Shown in pieces: positions 59,601 to 64,000 of a stretch of DNA of 64,000 nucleotides (position 1 is its first letter; each line of letters begins with the position of its first letter). The translations under genes and the position numbers were made by a program. The notes beneath the pieces are model-generated. The model was not told where the DNA came from. It saw only the letters and a program-made list of their open reading frames with translations, and did not search any database. This DNA is from Tubulanus polymorphus (Eukaryota; Animalia; Nemertea), in assembly GCF_964204645.1 (NCBI RefSeq), contig NC_134026.1, positions 20,184,150 to 20,248,149 of the forward strand, written 5' to 3'.

Positions 59601-62600
59601 AGATCCGACCTTTATTAAGTGACGAAGAATTGAAGATGGCCTAACTTACCTTCTGATATCCGTGCACGAGAACGACGCCGAGAGTTGTCGGTTTCAGCTT
59701 ACGTCCACTCATCACCGTAACGTAGTTCCTTTCGCAGATGTTGTTGATATGAACGGGAATACTGGCATCGGTGCCGATTCCGTGCTTCTCCATCAACGTG
59801 ATCAGCTCGGACTCCGTGAGATAATCCGGAGGACTCGTCTGGCGTTCTACTAGTTTAACCTATAGCAGGTAGATAAAGATAGTGTGTACAAAGTCTGTTA
59901 AGTGACGATGAATATACCAAATTCTTCTTTCCAAAGGAAATCACGAACTAGTAAGCCGTCAAAATGTCAGAAAATAAAGCGCTAGATTTTCAACTGTTAA
60001 CTGTTGGTTTTGCTCATTAACTCTGCATACTGAGATTACCGGTAATATCAGTCTACCAGTCGTGTCAGGAATACGATGAACAAATAAGAAGAAATAAGCT
60101 ATTCATAACGCGAACACAAGACGAAAACTTCAGGGATGCGAAATCAATTCCGATACCAAGAAATAAACTGTAGTTGGGGACAACAGAATATTTTTAGGGC
60201 ATTACCATGTAAATTATAGGTTGGTATCTCATCGCAGGTATCGATCTGCAGCTTGAAACCAACCTCGCCGAAATTTTACCATCGTAGTATGAAATGAAGT
60301 CTTGGACGATCGCAATTCAACAATACCGTAGTGTATGTTGATTGTATGATTCAATGGCATTCCATTTGTGAATTCATTTTCCATTAAAAATGGATGTATT
60401 AAATGAAGCTGTGTCAAAATGCAAGTTTTTTTCATTTAATAACTTTATTTATCATGAATAATTATTCAAACTGTTATAGCAGTGAGAAGATGAACACTGT
60501 CTTTTTTGTCTGGTAGAATCAACATTTCTTGTGACCCGAAAATACTGTAGGTGGTAGAAAACTGTACTCGGCGTATAAGTCGAGGTCAATAATTTAGTGG
60601 TAAAATTAAGGATTAAAAACTCGACTTATACGCCGGTTTTTACGGTAATTGACAGAGGGGACTGATCTAGGCAGATTGATACATGCACTACAACTCTGAT
60701 GAGTCACCGCGCGAAGGCTTCGTAGATCCGTTAGTTTTCTGGAAAAAGTGTAACTGTACCTCATTTATCGAACACATTTCGTCTTTAGTGAAATTCGGTA
60801 GCGTTTCATCTTGAGTGACTGCCTGCCAGCTCATCACCGCAGTGTAACCATCCACCAGTCGGCGTTTGCCGCTACACGTGAACATTTCCTCGCCGATTTC
60901 AAACAGCACCGTCGTCTGCATGTATCTACTGTCTGGACTGACCTATAACGTGCGACGCCAAAAGGAATCATTTAAATTCAAGGATGTTTTAGAATAAAAG
61001 CCATGATGGTAAATCAGAGCGAACAGTAATACAGTATGAAGAATTATCATCTGGAATTAATAAACGGACGAATGCACAGATGGACAAGGTGATCACGATG
61101 AAATTTCTTAGACCTAAATACAACTCGGACATGAATTCTGAGCTCCACGGTATACGGCATAAAATGGCGATCACGATAATTTTCAACACTAGAATTTTTC
61201 ATGGTTTTTTTCCCATTTTTTCCACAAATTTTCAAGCAGATATCCCTTTTTCAAATGTTTCACATCAATTTAACCCAAGTAATGATACACACCGTAGCTA
61301 TGAAATGTCGTGTGATGTAGTCGTATAAACGCCACGCGTCGCCTCCCAATTCAGATTCACTAGCGGGCTTCATAGGGGTTATAGGTGGATGGTCTCCGGC
61401 GTCAACACCCTTACTATGGACGAAAACAAACCGTATCATTCACAAGATCGGATAAAATATGTTCCGAAAAGAAACAGTCAAAACTTAAAGACCATTTTGA
61501 ATCGTTCAATAGGCCTTGAACTGTAAAATCTGTTGAGCTAATCCCAAGCAACATTGCATGGCTAATTAGTAAGAAATATTAGTAAGAATTGCGATTTGCG
61601 CATAATTCTATCACAAACTCGAAATCTTACCGGGGTTTCTGTAATCCAGATGACAGCAAATCGCGAACGTATTCACCCCATTGAGAACTGGATTGTTGCG
61701 GTTTAAGCGTGCCTCTGTAGAAAATAAGATTTACAAAATCGGCCATTAAAATGTTGTCCAAAAAAGCTGTACTTGTGGCTATGAATTTCCGTTAAACTGG
61801 AACCGTAAAAGCATTATTTCGTACTTTTTCGCCATTCATTAGTCGCCCATTTCACTTACTTCAGATCGAAATTGTCCGGATAATGCGTCGTTTCTGTTCT
61901 GGGATAACTGATGTAACCTTGAGTATATAGACGCTCGGCTATCTGCATCGTATGATGAGGACTCATTCCTGAAATAGTGGCAAAAAACATTGTATTGTTT
62001 CAATCGCAATTTTACATTCACTGTTCCTTTTTATCTGCCCGTTATCTTTCAGGGCCTAGTCACATAGAGATAAGTGCGATTAACTTAATCGTTTTTTACA
62101 AAAGAAACTAATTTTTTTTCATGATAGCCGAAATAGCCGAGTTTTTGTTCAGGGCCCAGTTTCATAGACTGGGTATCAAAGTTATCCCTAGGGATAAATC
62201 GTCAATCCGGGTGACAACCACCATAGTAACAATGAGAAACCATGGTTATAACTGACAAATTTCAAAATGTTCCCAGGGACTATCTTTCTTCCACCTCTAT
62301 AAAACCCAGCCCTGGTGTTTACCTAATTTAGAACTTCCTACTCGCAGCAATTCCACTGTATTCAGAGCGAGCGGACGAGTTTTCGTTTTTTCTTTCTGTA
62401 CGATATCGACAACTCTGAAATGAGAAATCAATTGATATGAACGATTCCTTCACTAGCAATTGAACTACACTTACCAATTACTCTTTTAAATCCCTTTAAC
62501 CACCCAGCATCACTCAAGGCCCAGTTTCATGAAGAAATTGCACTCTAATTTTTGGTTTAGTTGTTATTTGCCACTCGGTAAGAGGCTTTTAGCCTACAAT

Positions 62601-63198
62601 CAGTCGCCTCGATGTCCCACTATTCAATTCAAGTTCAATTTGCAGGAGGAGACTGGTAAACGTACTGTCTGGCTTCCCAAACTTTATCAAGTGTGTGAAG
62701 TTTATGAAACTATTTACAGATGGGGCCCAAGACAACCCTGTTTGGTAATGGGGACAACGATTCAAACTTAACCATCTTGAGCTTAAGACTTTTTTCATGA
62801 AACTGGAATCAATACATTTTCGGCATGTTTAAACCACTCACCCACTGTTCGCATCTCTACGCAAAATACAATTTTTTTCAGTTTTTTTTTCTTTCGATCA
62901 GGACCCAGTTCTACAGTTCTGTGTTAAGATTTGACTCAGAGAGCTAACTCCTCAAAAATGAAATAACTCTATCTCTCTGAGTCAATTCTAACTCGCGACC
63001 GCGGAACTGGATCCTGATAATCTTCGATGCGGACGCCTTAGATAATAGTTTTACATTAACAGTAATCGGGTCGTTTTTCGTTTACCTTGCTGCCTCGGCT
63101 CCTTTGATGATATTGAGAAACATTTGAGCGACTTCTTTATCGAAACTACGAACGCGATCCCAATCAATCGACAGAACCCGGCCTTGTGGATGGGCCAC
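56461..63198 (-). CDS. TOP3B: DNA topoisomerase III beta, 3' portion (5' exons outside the window)
   Basis: Exons 63086-63198, 62323-62414, 61860-61968, 61631-61714, 61293-61413, 60760-60942, 59650-59859, 59053-59270, 57998-58178, 57680-57879, 57151-57256, 56461-56643; phases consistent. Catalytic motif [33 protein letters not shown], CxxC zinc motifs, RG tail. Confidence 0.96.
57151..57256 (-). CDS. TOP3B: TOP3B exon
   Basis: [14 protein letters not shown]...CTQCDA...VDFNK. Confidence 0.92.
57680..57879 (-). CDS. TOP3B: TOP3B exon
   Basis: [14 protein letters not shown]...[11 protein letters not shown]...WKIACN. Confidence 0.95.
57998..58178 (-). CDS. TOP3B: TOP3B exon
   Basis: CGKCRRFMK...[22 protein letters not shown]. 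Confidence 0.95.
59053..59270 (-). CDS. TOP3B: TOP3B exon
   Basis: [22 protein letters not shown]...[21 protein letters not shown]. Confidence 0.95.
59650..59859 (-). CDS. TOP3B: TOP3B exon
   Basis: [41 protein letters not shown]. Confidence 0.95.
60760..60942 (-). CDS. TOP3B: TOP3B exon
   Basis: [26 protein letters not shown]. Confidence 0.92.
61293..61413 (-). CDS. TOP3B: TOP3B exon
   Basis: [15 protein letters not shown]...[16 protein letters not shown]. Confidence 0.95.
61631..61714 (-). CDS. TOP3B: TOP3B exon
   Basis: [28 protein letters not shown]. Confidence 0.9.
61860..61968 (-). CDS. TOP3B: TOP3B exon with catalytic tyrosine
   Basis: [36 protein letters not shown]. Confidence 0.96.
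62323..62414 (-). CDS. TOP3B: TOP3B exon
   Basis: [24 protein letters not shown]. Confidence 0.93.
62842..62856 (-). CDS. candidate 15-nt TOP3B microexon
   Basis: TTTTGCGTAG|AGATGCGAACAGTGG|GTGAGT; frame-preserving in a phase-2 intron. Confidence 0.35.
62899..63016. mobile_element. MITE family A copy
   Basis: CAGGACCCAGTTC ... GAACTGGATCCTG. Confidence 0.75.
63086..63198 (-). CDS. TOP3B: TOP3B exon
   Basis: [32 protein letters not shown]. Confidence 0.92.
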
Positions 63199-63516
63199 CT
63201 GAAAATGGCGTGAAGACGGAAATAAAGCGACAGTTTTTGTAAATAAATGATCAATTGACATTTTTCAACACTGTTGTCCCTTTTCATTCACTGCCATACG
63301 ATAGAGAGGGAAATAATTTTGCCGTTCAATAATTCTTCTCCCAGTAGCCTCTCCTGACAGGGATCAGGATTTATCTCTTTCGACCAAAATTGTGATTCAA
63401 ATAATTCTGCCAGCCAGTGCTTTATAGTTCATATCGCAAATGAAACATTACTTTCACAACAGATACGGAGATAAAGCCTGTTAATATTTCATTTCAAGAT
63501 AAAGCAAAATTACCAA

Positions 63517-64000
63517 CTAGGGGTCCAGGGACACCATGCCCACTTGGGAAGTGGTTTCAAATGCTCAACAATCTAACAATTTCAATATTCAACGCCCTCT
63601 GGTGACCATATACAAACTTGAAACTCAATACAATCATAAAACATGTCAGCAGCTACGATTTTGTAATTGATTGTGATAACAAAAAATGCCTCGTTACTAA
63701 TTTAATATGGAAATACTAAGTTAATCTACTATTCAACGCCCCCTGGTGACCATATTCAAAACCCAATAACCTTGTAACTCACCATATTCATAGAACATGT
63801 CATGAACTACAACTTTGCAATTGATCATGGTAACAAAATATGCCTAGGTACCAATATAATAAGGAAATACCAGGTTATTCTACTATTCAACCCCCCTGGT
63901 GACCATATAGAATAACTAATTTCCTTAAAACTCACCACAATCATAGATGATGTCATGAGCTACAACTTTGCAATTGATTGCGGTAACAAAATATGTACAA
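63517..64000. mobile_element. Helitron/Helentron-like element with about 150-bp tandem internal repeats, runs off the window
   Basis: Same start as 4914; ATTCAAC(G)CCCYCTGGTGACCATA recurs at about 63587, 63731 and 63885. Confidence 0.65.

Overview
AT-rich, intron-containing animal (invertebrate, plausibly lophotrochozoan; inference) genomic DNA. Four spliced genes can be built by hand with canonical GT-AG introns and consistent phases. (1) AKAP10/D-AKAP2, minus strand, 13 coding exons, 3233-13443, 604 aa. (2) A hillarin/KY-family transglutaminase-like gene, minus strand, 9 coding exons, 16381-50818, about 1538 aa. It has two internally duplicated TGase-like plus Ig-like modules, both lacking the catalytic Cys, joined by a GPGQQ repeat exon. 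Its 13.6-kb central intron holds several candidate alternative first exons, one encoding an MGxxC acylation motif. (3) TMEM129, plus strand, 4 exons, 52200-55105, head-to-head with the hillarin-like gene. (4) The 3' part of TOP3B, minus strand, from 56461 to beyond the window end, with a candidate 15-nt microexon. Non-coding DNA is dense in small non-autonomous elements: a 1156-bp foldback transposon with an 8-bp TSD 15 nt behind the AKAP10 first donor, Penelope-type inverted repeats with minimal hammerhead cores, several MITE families, Helitron/Helentron-like elements, tRNA-SINEs and a LINE 3' end. All calls are by eye, from remembered family motifs; no database searches were run.
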